DNA of 64,000 nt from Lysobacterales bacterium (GTDB lineage: Bacteria > Pseudomonadota > Gammaproteobacteria > Xanthomonadales > Rhodanobacteraceae), in the NCBI GenBank assembly GCA_017305055.1, contig JAFKMZ010000008.1:111990-175989 (forward strand), written 5' to 3'. The notes beneath the pieces were generated by a model. That model saw only the letters and a list, made by a program, of their open reading frames with translations, was not told the origin of the DNA and searched no databases. This document shows positions 20,934-29,645 of the stretch, one piece after another. The position numbers and the translations under genes were made by a program. Each line of letters opens with the position of its first letter. Within the stretch, counting starts at the first letter, position 1.

Positions 20934-22910
20934 ATGAGCGACCGCCACGACGACGGTTTCCGCATCCGCCCCAGCGCCCCGAAGAGCCGGGGTCAGGGCT
21001 TCGTCTCCAAGGTTCTCCAGCAGGCCGGCAAGGCCAGCGGCGGCAAGTCCTCGGTGCGCCGTCCTGGGAGAACCGGCAAGGGTGCTGGCACTGGCCAGCG
21101 ACCCGGCTCACGTCTGGGACGCGGCTACACGGCAGCGCATTTCGCCGGGGCGAAGCTCACGCCCCTATCGCGGCGCGTGACCATCAAGACGCTGCTGGTC
21201 AACCAGCGCCAGTTCAGCTCGCAGTCGCTCGCGAAGCACCTGCGCTATATCGAGCGCGACGGCGTGGGCCGTAACGGCGAGCCGGGGCAGGCCTACGGGC
21301 CGCAGGCCGATGTCGCCGACCTCGATGTCTTCAAGGAACGCTGCGCCGACGACCGGCATCATTTCCGCTTCATCCTCTCGCCCGAGGATGGCGCTGAACT
21401 GGAGGACTTGCGCACCTACACGCGGCACCTCATGGGTCGCATGGAGGCCGACCTGGGCACGGGCCTCGATTGGGTGGCTGTCAACCACTGGAACACCGAC
21501 AACCCGCACACACACATCGTCGTGCGTGGGCGCGATGACACCGGCAAAGATCTTATCATCGCGGGCGACTACATCACGCACGGCTTCCGCCATCGCGCCG
21601 CCGAACTGGCGACCGAATGGCTGGGGCCACGCACCGAGCTGGAGATCCAGCAGACCTTGCAGCGCGAGGTGGGGCAGGAGCGGTGGACGAGGCTGGATCG
21701 CACCCTGCAACGCGAGGCCGACGAGGACGGCCGAGTGCAGATCGAACGCTTCAACGAACCGCGACTGCAACGCCAGCGCCTGCTGCTGATCGGCCGCCTG
21801 CAACGCTTGCAGCGCCTGGGCCTGGCCGATGAAATGCAGCCCGGCACCTGGGCCGTCCATGCCGATGCGGGGAAAACCCTGCGCGCCCTAGGCGAGCGTG
21901 GCGACATCATCCGCACCATGCAACGGGCCATGCGCGGCGAGCCGCGCGAGCTGGCGGTGTTCGAGCCGGGCGACGATGGCCGAACCATCCTCGGCCGCGT
22001 GGCCGCAAAGGGGCTGGCCGACGAGTTGCACGACCGGGGCTATCTGGTCATCGACGGAGCAGACGGCAAAGCCCACTACGTCGCGCTCAACGCCCGCGAC
22101 GAACTGGCGAACTATCCGGCCGGCGCCGTGGTGGAGGTGAAGGGATCGGCCGACGTACGCACGGCCGACAGGAATATCGCTGCGCTGGCGAGCGATGGGC
22201 TGTACCGCACCGACCATCACCTGGCCGTCGCGAAGGGGCAGGCCGTTTCCGGCCGCTATCCGCAGGAAGTCGTCGCGGCCCACGTCCGCCGCCTCGAAGC
22301 CCTGCGCCGTGCCGGCATTGTGGAGCGCGTGGCCGAGGGACTATGGAAGGTGCCGGACGACCTGCCCGAGCAAGGCCGCCGCTACAACGCGCAGCGCCTG
22401 GGCGGCGTGGCCGTTGAGCTGAAATCGCACCTGCCCATCGCGCAACAGGCGCGCGTGATCGGCGCCACCTGGCTCGACCAGCAGTTGATCGGCGGTGGCT
22501 CGGGCCTAGGCGACCTGGGCTTTGGCTGTGAGGTCAGGGATGCGCTGCAGCAGCGCGCCAACTTCCTGGTCGAACAGGGGCTAGCCAAGCGGCATGGGCA
22601 ACGCGTGATCCTGAGGCGCAATCTGCTAGGCACGCTGCGCAATCGGGAGCTTGTACGGGCCACCAAGAACATTGCCACCGAAACCGGCCTGGAGTATCGG
22701 CCGGTGGCCGACGGCCATTGCGTGGCTGGCATCTACCGGCGCTCAGTCATGCTCGCCAGCGGGCGCTATGCGATGCTCGACGACGGCATGGGATTCTCGC
22801 TGGTGCCGTGGAAGCCGGTGATCGAGCAACGGCTGGGGCAGCGGCTCGCCGCAATGGTGCAAGGTAGTAATGTGTCCTGGCAGATCGGACGGCGCGGCCA
22901 TTCCATCTGA
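20934..22910 (+). CDS. traI: MOBP-type relaxase (VirD2/TraI-like, with DUF3363-like C-terminal region)
   Basis: Contains the histidine-triad motif HWNTDNPHTHIVVRG and has the typical N-terminus MSDRHDDGFRIRPSAPK. It is 658 aa and sits upstream of the T4CP gene. Confidence 0.85.
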   Translation: MSDRHDDGFRIRPSAPKSRGQGFVSKVLQQAGKASGGKSSVRRPGRTGKGAGTGQRPGSRLGRGYTAAHFAGAKLTPLSRRVTIKTLLVNQRQFSSQSLAKHLRYIERDGVGRNGEPGQAYGPQADVADLDVFKERCADDRHHFRFILSPEDGAELEDLRTYTRHLMGRMEADLGTGLDWVAVNHWNTDNPHTHIVVRGRDDTGKDLIIAGDYITHGFRHRAAELATEWLGPRTELEIQQTLQREVGQERWTRLDRTLQREADEDGRVQIERFNEPRLQRQRLLLIGRLQRLQRLGLADEMQPGTWAVHADAGKTLRALGERGDIIRTMQRAMRGEPRELAVFEPGDDGRTILGRVAAKGLADELHDRGYLVIDGADGKAHYVALNARDELANYPAGAVVEVKGSADVRTADRNIAALASDGLYRTDHHLAVAKGQAVSGRYPQEVVAAHVRRLEALRRAGIVERVAEGLWKVPDDLPEQGRRYNAQRLGGVAVELKSHLPIAQQARVIGATWLDQQLIGGGSGLGDLGFGCEVRDALQQRANFLVEQGLAKRHGQRVILRRNLLGTLRNRELVRATKNIATETGLEYRPVADGHCVAGIYRRSVMLASGRYAMLDDGMGFSLVPWKPVIEQRLGQRLAAMVQGSNVSWQIGRRGHSI

Positions 22911-23124
22911 TGACCCTAGGCGATCCGGCACAGCCATAGTTGATGGTGCCTCCATGAACTGGGTCCTGGCAACGAGCCATTAAAGGCGCCCAATGAAGGT
23001 GGAGTAGACTAAGCGGCGAAGTAAATCGGGTTGCCGTAAGCGAGATGTGGGACCATCAAGTTCATCTACTGGTTTTAAAAAAAGCCAGGCTGCACATGGA
23101 TGATAGCAATCCAATGCTGTTTGT

Positions 23125-23900
23125 TTCAGGGCACGTAGCCAGACACCTGCAACGCGAAGAGTTCTGCGTATCGTCCACCATTAGCAATGAGCTGTGCATG
23201 GGTGCCCTGCTCATACACACGGCCGTCGGCTAAATAGAGGATATGGTCTGCGATACGTACGCTTGAAAGTCGGTGTGAGACGAGTACGTTCGTCTTTCCT
23301 TAGTGAGATCGCCGAAAGCGGGAATACTTCATGCTGAGCCTGTGCGTCTAGGCTAGCACTGGGCTCATCGAGAATGAGAATTTGCGATTCGCCCATGTAA
23401 GCTCGTGCAAGAGCGATTTTTTGCCATTGACCGGTGGATAGATCCAACCCGTCCTCGAAGCGGCGCCCGAGCATCTGATCATAGCCTTTGGGGAAGCTCT
23501 TTTCGGCTGCGAAGCGAGCCCGAATCATGTCATCCATGGCCTTCAAACTTGCCTATACCTATATTCTCCTTGGCGATGAAGTCATAGCGGAAAATCCGGG
23601 AAAACGACACCGATTTCACGGTAAATACCTTTAAAATGATACTCTCGGAGATCAACACCATCAAGAAGGATTTTCCCTTCCGTTGGGTCGTAGAGCCGTG
23701 CCAAAAGTTGACTATGGTTATCTTTCCTGCTCCACCATTCTCACCGACGAGGGCGAGGCATGTACCGGCGTCTATAAGGAAGTTCACGTTAGGAAGAACC
23801 GGCTTGGACGAACCTGCGTAGGCAAAGGTTACCTTACGGAACTCGAATCAGGTACGAATGGCCCCCCGGAGGTGTGCACCGAGATCGAAATCCGGCGACA
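23125..23900 (-). pseudogene. Degraded ABC exporter ATP-binding domain: 5'-truncated, with several frameshifts and an internal stop
   Basis: Pieces in different minus-strand frames read FEFRKVTFAYAGSSKPVLPNVNFLIDAGTCLALVGENG-GAGK (broken Walker A), LSTGQWQKIALARAYMGESQILILDEPSASLD (signature plus Walker B), and VLVSHRLSSVRIADHILYLADGRVYEQGTHAQLIANGGRYAELFALQVSGYVP*. No TMD is upstream. The region is visibly AT-richer. Confidence 0.8.
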
Positions 23901-24116
23901 GGAATACAATGAGTAATGATCGAAGGAGGTGCTGGGACTAACACCTGCCGCGGAAGCCGAAGGGGCTTTCCTGTCGGCCGCAAGCTGCGTTGCCGGAGAG
24001 CTGCGGCGACGGGCGTCACAGTCGTTGTTGTATCGACACTTCGGTGACACCCATGGTCGGAGCCGCGATTCCGGCATTGCTGCCGGACACCTTCATGGGG
24101 TTCAAGAGAGGGCACG

Positions 24117-25061
24117 ATGGAGCTGCGTCATCTCCGATGCTTCCTCGCCGTAGCGGATGAACTGCATTTCGCTCGCGCGGCGGAACGGTTGCACATTGAA
24201 CAGTCCCCGCTGTCGCGTACGATCAGGGAGCTGGAAGAGGATTTGGGCGTCCGGCTTTTCGCTCGCACCACGCGCAGCACTCGGCTGACATACGCAGGAA
24301 AACTGTTTCTAGAGAATGTGCCACGTGTATTTACTGCGTTGGAGCAAGCGTGCGACAGCGTAAAAGCTGCCGCGAACGGTTTTCGCAACCAGTTGCGCGT
24401 GGCTATCTCAGATTGCGTCATACCGTCGGAGTTTTCTGCCTTCTTGGCCTTGTGCCGTCAGGAGGAGCCGGAGATGGAGATACGCCTGTCCGAGGTTCCA
24501 TTGTCGCAACAAATCAAGGGACTCCATGAGGATCTGTACGACGTCGGCTTTGCCCGGTCGAACGAAGTCGGCGATGGCATCATCGCTGAAGTAGCCTGGA
24601 ACGATCCGTTGATGGTGGCCGTACCGGCCCGCCATCCGCTACTGGCCTACAAGCGCATCCCGTTGGAGGAAGTGCTGCGCTATCCATTGGTGCTTGGAGA
24701 CCCCCATGTTTGTGAAGGCTGCGCTCGGCAAGTAGAACGGGTGTTGCGACAAGTCGATCAGGAGCCGCTCATTGCGGAGCGGGTGGCGTCCATCGAGTTG
24801 ATGATGGCACTGGTGGCGGCGGGGTTCGCTTTGGGCCTCGCGGGCGCTTCACACATCACCGGCAACCGTGAATCCGGCGTGGTAGCTCGGCCGCTGGCCG
24901 GGCGCGTACCCATGCTCACGACCTATCTGCTCCGCTTGGATAACGATCCTGCTGATGCGCTTATCCGCTTCATTGCGAGGGTCGGAAGTGTCGGGGCACC
25001 TCTCAAAGGTGCGGACGTCGGGTCATTCGGTTCCAACGCCTCGGAGGACGCCGAGCCATGA
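24117..25061 (+). CDS. LysR-family transcriptional regulator
   Basis: MELRHLRCFLAVADELHFARAAERLHIEQSPLSRTIRELEEDLGVRLF is the N-terminal wHTH, followed by a LysR substrate-binding domain. Confidence 0.9.
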   Translation: MELRHLRCFLAVADELHFARAAERLHIEQSPLSRTIRELEEDLGVRLFARTTRSTRLTYAGKLFLENVPRVFTALEQACDSVKAAANGFRNQLRVAISDCVIPSEFSAFLALCRQEEPEMEIRLSEVPLSQQIKGLHEDLYDVGFARSNEVGDGIIAEVAWNDPLMVAVPARHPLLAYKRIPLEEVLRYPLVLGDPHVCEGCARQVERVLRQVDQEPLIAERVASIELMMALVAAGFALGLAGASHITGNRESGVVARPLAGRVPMLTTYLLRLDNDPADALIRFIARVGSVGAPLKGADVGSFGSNASEDAEP

Positions 25062-25303
25062 AAATAGTCGTATTGCTTTTCGTTGCCGTGACGCTGGCCG
25101 CATGCAACAGGGCCGCACCCACCGACACGGTGGATTCACTGGTGGCGCACCCCGACCACCTGCATGGGATCGAGCGGCAATGCGCCAACAATGACGCGCG
25201 GGTATCGGCTGCGGAGTGCGAACTTGCGTCCGAGGCACGGCGCAAACTGTTCATGGGCAATGGCACGCAGTACACCCCGCCTAAAAACCCGCCGAAGTTC
25301 TGA
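25058..25303 (+). CDS. EexN/TrbK-like entry-exclusion lipoprotein (cargo copy)
   Basis: Has a lipobox (VAVTLAAC). It shares the blocks TVDSLVAHPDHL...RQC and a C-terminal ...RK.F.G.G with the ORF at 32802-33095. The start overlaps the LysR stop (ATGA). Confidence 0.65.
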   Translation: MKIVVLLFVAVTLAACNRAAPTDTVDSLVAHPDHLHGIERQCANNDARVSAAECELASEARRKLFMGNGTQYTPPKNPPKF

Positions 25304-25523
25304 ATCGCGGTTACGCAACATAGCATCTCGATTCGTAGCTCGCTACGTCCGCTTGCGCACGGCTGCGCCGGGATGTGCCGCACAACGCCCCGGCGCGCAA
25401 TCTTGCTTTTTCGATCATTTTCATCACCATAAAAGTCTTTGACCGGTGCTGACCACGGCACCGATGCTCTTGGTTGTGCGGCACGTTTTCGCCGCATGAA
25501 GAAAGGGAAAGTCGGAGGCCGGT

Positions 25524-27527
25524 GTGAACGGTACCAGTGTGCTGTTCGGCCAGGTGCTGACGGTGTTCGGCATCGTGGTCACGGGAACTTGGGGAGCCAC
25601 CCAATGGACCGCCGCACATCTGGGCTATCAGCTACGCCTGGGCTCGCCCTGGTTCGACTGGCTCGGCATTCCGTTCTATTACCCGTGGCGGCTGTTCCAG
25701 TGGTGGTACTGGTACGACGCCTATGCGCCGCACCTGTTCCTGGTAGGCGGGGCCATCGCAGCGGCCAGTGGCCTCTCTGCCGCCGGCGTGGCCATCGGCA
25801 TGTCGGTATGGCGTGCGCGCCAGTCGCGACTCGTCACGACGTACGGTTCCGCGCGCTGGGCCGACGCCCGCGACATCCATCGGGCAGGGCTGGACAAACC
25901 CGCCGGCGTCTTTCTCGGGCTGCATGACCGGCAGTATCTGCGCCATGACGGCCCGGAACACGTCTTGACCTTCGCGCCGACGCGCTCGGGCAAGGGCGTG
26001 GGCCTCGTCATTCCCACGCTGCTCTCCTGGCAGGCGTCGGCCGTCATTCACGACATCAAGGGCGAAAACTGGCAGATCACCGCCGGCTGGCGTTCGCGCT
26101 TCTCGCACTGCCTGCTGTTCAATCCCACTGATGCGCGCTCGGCCGCGTACAACCCGCTGCTCGAAGTGCGGCGTGGCGCCTGCGAAGTGCGCGACGTGCA
26201 GAACATCGCGGACATCCTGGTCGATCCTGAAGGCGCGCTGGAGCGGCGCAACCACTGGGAGAAGACTTCACACGCGTTGCTCGTCGGGGCCATCCTGCAC
26301 GTGCTCTACGCCGGCGAAGACAAGACGCTGCGCGGCGTCGCCAACTTCCTCTCCGACCCCGCGTGCCCGTTCGAGGTAACGCTGCATCGGATGATGACAA
26401 CGCGCCACCTGGGCGATGCGCCGCATCCCGTCGTTGCGTCCGCTGCGCGCGAGGTGTTGAACAAGGCGGAGAACGAACGCTCCGGCGTGCTCTCCACGGC
26501 CATGTCGTTCCTTGGCCTGTACCGCGATCCGACGGTGGCGGAAGTCACCTCGCGCTGCGACTGGCGCATCGCCGATCTGATCGCCTCCGACCACCCCGTT
26601 TCGCTGTACCTGGTGGTGCCGCCTTCGGACATCTCGCGCACGAAGCCGCTCATCCGTTTGATCCTCAACCAGATCGGTCGGCGTCTGACCGAATCGCTCG
26701 ACGGTAGCGACGGCATCGAGCGGCGCCACAAGTTGCTGCTGATGCTCGACGAGTTTCCGGCGCTTGGGCGCCTGGACTTCTTCGAGACGGCGCTGGCCTT
26801 CATGGCGGGCTACGGCATCCGCAGCTTCCTCATCGCGCAGTCGCTCAACCAGATCGACAAGGCCTACGGCCAGAACCATTCGATCCTCGACAACTGCCAT
26901 GTGCGGGTGACGTTCGCCACCAACGACGAGCGCACCGCCAAGCGCATCTCCGACACGTTGGGCACCTCGACTGAGCTTCGCGCGCAGCGCAACTACGCAG
27001 GCCACCGGCTCGCACCGTGGCTCGGGCACCTGATGGTGTCGCGCCAGGAAACGGCGCGACCGCTGCTGACGCCCGGCGAGGTCATGCAGCTCCCGCCCGA
27101 CGAAGCCGTGGTGATGGTGTCCAGCGTGGCGCCGATCAAGGCGAAGAAGCTGCGCTACTACGCCGACGCCAACTTCAAGCGCCGTGTGCTGCCGCCTCCG
27201 GTACTTGCCGACGAGCGCTATGCCGATACGCCGCCCGCACGGCCCGACGACTGGAGCGGGCTGGCGATTCCTGCTGTCCCGGTGGTACCGGCTGTGGACG
27301 ACCTGACCGAGAGCGGTATCGGCTCGGGCACTTCCGATGACGGCGGCCTGCGCCGGCAACCGGAACTCGCCGACGTTGCCGAATACAGCCCCGAACAGCA
27401 GGCCACCGACAGCGACCTGGCGCTGCTAGATGACGACGATCCGCCGCTGCCTGGCGAGTTCAGCCCGGCCATGCAGCGTACGTCGCGATTGGCCTCACTC
27501 GATCAACACGACGGGATCGAACTATGA
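25524..27527 (+). CDS. traG: Type IV coupling protein TraG/VirD4
   Basis: N-terminal TM helices, Walker A FAPTRSGKGVGLVIPTLL, and Walker B region LLLMLDEFPALGRL. It is 667 aa with a GTG start. Confidence 0.9.
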   Translation: MNGTSVLFGQVLTVFGIVVTGTWGATQWTAAHLGYQLRLGSPWFDWLGIPFYYPWRLFQWWYWYDAYAPHLFLVGGAIAAASGLSAAGVAIGMSVWRARQSRLVTTYGSARWADARDIHRAGLDKPAGVFLGLHDRQYLRHDGPEHVLTFAPTRSGKGVGLVIPTLLSWQASAVIHDIKGENWQITAGWRSRFSHCLLFNPTDARSAAYNPLLEVRRGACEVRDVQNIADILVDPEGALERRNHWEKTSHALLVGAILHVLYAGEDKTLRGVANFLSDPACPFEVTLHRMMTTRHLGDAPHPVVASAAREVLNKAENERSGVLSTAMSFLGLYRDPTVAEVTSRCDWRIADLIASDHPVSLYLVVPPSDISRTKPLIRLILNQIGRRLTESLDGSDGIERRHKLLLMLDEFPALGRLDFFETALAFMAGYGIRSFLIAQSLNQIDKAYGQNHSILDNCHVRVTFATNDERTAKRISDTLGTSTELRAQRNYAGHRLAPWLGHLMVSRQETARPLLTPGEVMQLPPDEAVVMVSSVAPIKAKKLRYYADANFKRRVLPPPVLADERYADTPPARPDDWSGLAIPAVPVVPAVDDLTESGIGSGTSDDGGLRRQPELADVAEYSPEQQATDSDLALLDDDDPPLPGEFSPAMQRTSRLASLDQHDGIEL

Positions 27528-27988
27528 GCCGGTATCGCCTCAACCTCTTCATTGCACCTGAGCACGCCAAGCGTCTCGACGAGCTGGCGGCGAAGAAGGG
27601 CGTCTCCAAGTCATCCATCTTGGCGGCAGCGCTCGCATCGTGGCTGTCGCCGGACGCTGGCGACCAGCGCGAAGCGGCCATTGCCAAACGTCTCGATCGG
27701 CTCTCGCGCCAGTTCGAGAAGCTGGAGCGCGACCAGAACATCGAGATCGAAACGATCGCTTTGTTCGTGCGCTACTTCCTGACGGTCAGTACCCCGGTTC
27801 CGGAGGCTCACCAGGACGCCGCCCGCGCGCAGGGCCGGGCGCGCTTCGAGCAGTTCGTCGAACAGCTCGGCCGCCGCCTGCTGCGCGGGCACAGCCTGGT
27901 GCGCGACGTGGTGGAGGAACTGAACCCCGAGGCCGCGCAGCTCGACGCCGCAGCGACTTCGGCCGACGGCCAGGAGCGTGCGGCGTGA
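27524..27988 (+). CDS. Ribbon-helix-helix (CopG-like) protein between traG and trbB
   Basis: MSRYRLNLFIAPEHAKRLDELAAKKGVSKSSILAAALASWL looks like an RHH N-terminus. It occupies the conserved slot in Tn4371-like ICEs and overlaps both neighbouring genes. Confidence 0.6.
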   Translation: MSRYRLNLFIAPEHAKRLDELAAKKGVSKSSILAAALASWLSPDAGDQREAAIAKRLDRLSRQFEKLERDQNIEIETIALFVRYFLTVSTPVPEAHQDAARAQGRARFEQFVEQLGRRLLRGHSLVRDVVEELNPEAAQLDAAATSADGQERAA

Positions 27989-29004
27989 ACGCGGTCGTTG
28001 CGCTCGGGACGTCACTCAGCGCCGCGACGTCGCTGGACCGACGCGTCCGCATGCTGCGCACCGCGATGGGGCCGCTGATCGCTGCCGCGCTTGAAGACCC
28101 GGACGTGGTGGAGATCATGCTCAACCCGGATCACACGCTCTGGGTCGATCGGCTATCCACGGGCCGTGCCCCACTGGGCGCGGAGCTGTCCGAAGAGGAT
28201 GGCGAACGCATCATTCGCCTGGTGGCTGCGCACGTCGGCGCGGAAGTCCATCGCGGCCGACCGCTGTTGACCGCTGAACTCCCCGAGACCGGCGAACGCT
28301 TCGAGGGCATCCTGCCGCCGGCGGCGCCCGGCCCGGCCTTTGCGCTCCGCAAGCGCGCAGTGGGCGTCATTCCGCTGGAGCGCTACGTCACCGACGGCAT
28401 GATGACCACCGAGCAGGCCGCGTTCCTGCGCACTGCGGTACGCGAGCGGCAGAACGTCCTGGTCGCCGGCGGCACCAGCACCGGCAAGACCACGCTCGCC
28501 AACGCCTTGCTGGCGGAGATCGCCGCCACGGGCGATCGCGTCCTGGTCCTCGAAGACACGGTGGAACTGCAATGCGTGGCGCGCGATCACGTGCCGCTGC
28601 GCACCCGCGCGGGCGTCGTTTCCATGACCGAGCTGGTGCGGGCGACGATGCGCCTGCGTCCCGATCGGGTGATCGTCGGCGAGGTGCGCGGCGGTGAAGC
28701 GCTGGATCTCATCAAGGTGTGGGGCACGGGCCATCCGGGCGGCATCGCCACGGTGCACGCCGGCTCGGCGCACGGTGCGTTGCTGCGCCTGGAGCAACTG
28801 ATCCTCGAAGTGGCTTTGAATCCGCCGCGCGCGCTGATCGCCGAGGCGGTCAATGTCGTCGTGCACCTCGCCGGTCGCGGCAGGACGCGCCGCGTCGAGT
28901 GCATCGCCCGCGTCATCGGTTTCGACGCAGCGGGCTACCAGCTATGCGACGCCGTGCCGTCGGCCGCACATCCCGACCCGATTTCCTCTGGAGAACCCAC
29001 ATGA
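27985..29004 (+). CDS. trbB: P-type conjugative transfer ATPase TrbB (VirB11 family)
   Basis: Walker A VAGGTSTGKTTLANAL, then RPDRVIVGEVRGGEALD and GHPGGIATVHA. The GTG start overlaps the upstream stop (GTGA). Confidence 0.9.
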   Translation: MNAVVALGTSLSAATSLDRRVRMLRTAMGPLIAAALEDPDVVEIMLNPDHTLWVDRLSTGRAPLGAELSEEDGERIIRLVAAHVGAEVHRGRPLLTAELPETGERFEGILPPAAPGPAFALRKRAVGVIPLERYVTDGMMTTEQAAFLRTAVRERQNVLVAGGTSTGKTTLANALLAEIAATGDRVLVLEDTVELQCVARDHVPLRTRAGVVSMTELVRATMRLRPDRVIVGEVRGGEALDLIKVWGTGHPGGIATVHAGSAHGALLRLEQLILEVALNPPRALIAEAVNVVVHLAGRGRTRRVECIARVIGFDAAGYQLCDAVPSAAHPDPISSGEPT

Positions 29005-29369
29005 GCCGCGTTCCTGATTCACGCTTTTCTGTAAATCCGCTCGTGTGCCTGCACGGATTGGTCCAGACCGTTGATCGCGGTGTGGCAACGGCTATCGCTC
29101 TGTTGGCAGTGGTCGGAACGGCAAGGGCTGCCGGCTCGAATATGCCGTGGGAAGCACCGTTGCAGTCCATCCTTGATTCGATCCAGGGGCCGGTCGCCAA
29201 GATCATCGCCGTCATCATCATCATCGTGACGGGTCTCACGCTCGCCTTCGGTGACACCAGCGGCGGGTTCCGGCGGCTGATCCAGATCGTGTTCGGCCTG
29301 TCGATCGCCTTTGCCGCGTCTTCCTTCTTCCTGTCGTTCTTCAGCTTCTCCGGGGGGGCCGTCGTATGA
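29001..29369 (+). CDS. trbC: TrbC/VirB2 pilin
   Basis: A long leader followed by two hydrophobic helices (IIAVIIIIVTGLTLAF..., IVFGLSIAFAASSFF). Confidence 0.85.
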   Translation: MSRVPDSRFSVNPLVCLHGLVQTVDRGVATAIALLAVVGTARAAGSNMPWEAPLQSILDSIQGPVAKIIAVIIIIVTGLTLAFGDTSGGFRRLIQIVFGLSIAFAASSFFLSFFSFSGGAVV

Positions 29370-29635
29370 GCACGGCGCCTGATCTTCCGGGCTTCGAGGT
29401 GCCGCTGCACCGCGCGCTCACCGAACCGATCCTGATGGGCGGTGCACCACGCACGGTGGCGATCGCCAACGGCACGCTGGCCGCGGCCGTCGGGCTTGGC
29501 CTGCAACTGTGGTTGCCCGGCATCGCGCTGTGGCTGGTGGGCCATTCACTCGCGGTCTGGGGCGCGAAGGTCGATCCGCAGTTCATGCAGGTCTTCGCGC
29601 GGCACCTCAAGCACAAGTCGCTGCTGGACGTGTGA
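29366..29635 (+). CDS. trbD: TrbD (VirB3 family)
   Basis: 89 aa. Contains PLHRALTEPILMGGAPR and then a TM hairpin. Its position and overlaps with neighbours fit. Confidence 0.85.
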   Translation: MSTAPDLPGFEVPLHRALTEPILMGGAPRTVAIANGTLAAAVGLGLQLWLPGIALWLVGHSLAVWGAKVDPQFMQVFARHLKHKSLLDV

Positions 29636-29645
29636 GGACGGCACC

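Noticed and set aside
20248-21274. Overlapping ORFs (229, 255 and 266 aa) across the traF-relaxase gap.
   Set aside because: They are mutually overlapping in several frames, extremely Arg/Ala-rich, and overlap the real relaxase start. The gap is better read as non-coding (candidate oriT).
22911-23124. Possible IS or transposon terminal inverted repeat, or a small gene, in the AT-richer stretch downstream of the ABC pseudogene.
   Set aside because: There is no recognisable Tn3- or IS-type terminal repeat, no transposase fragment, and only short ORFs without motifs.
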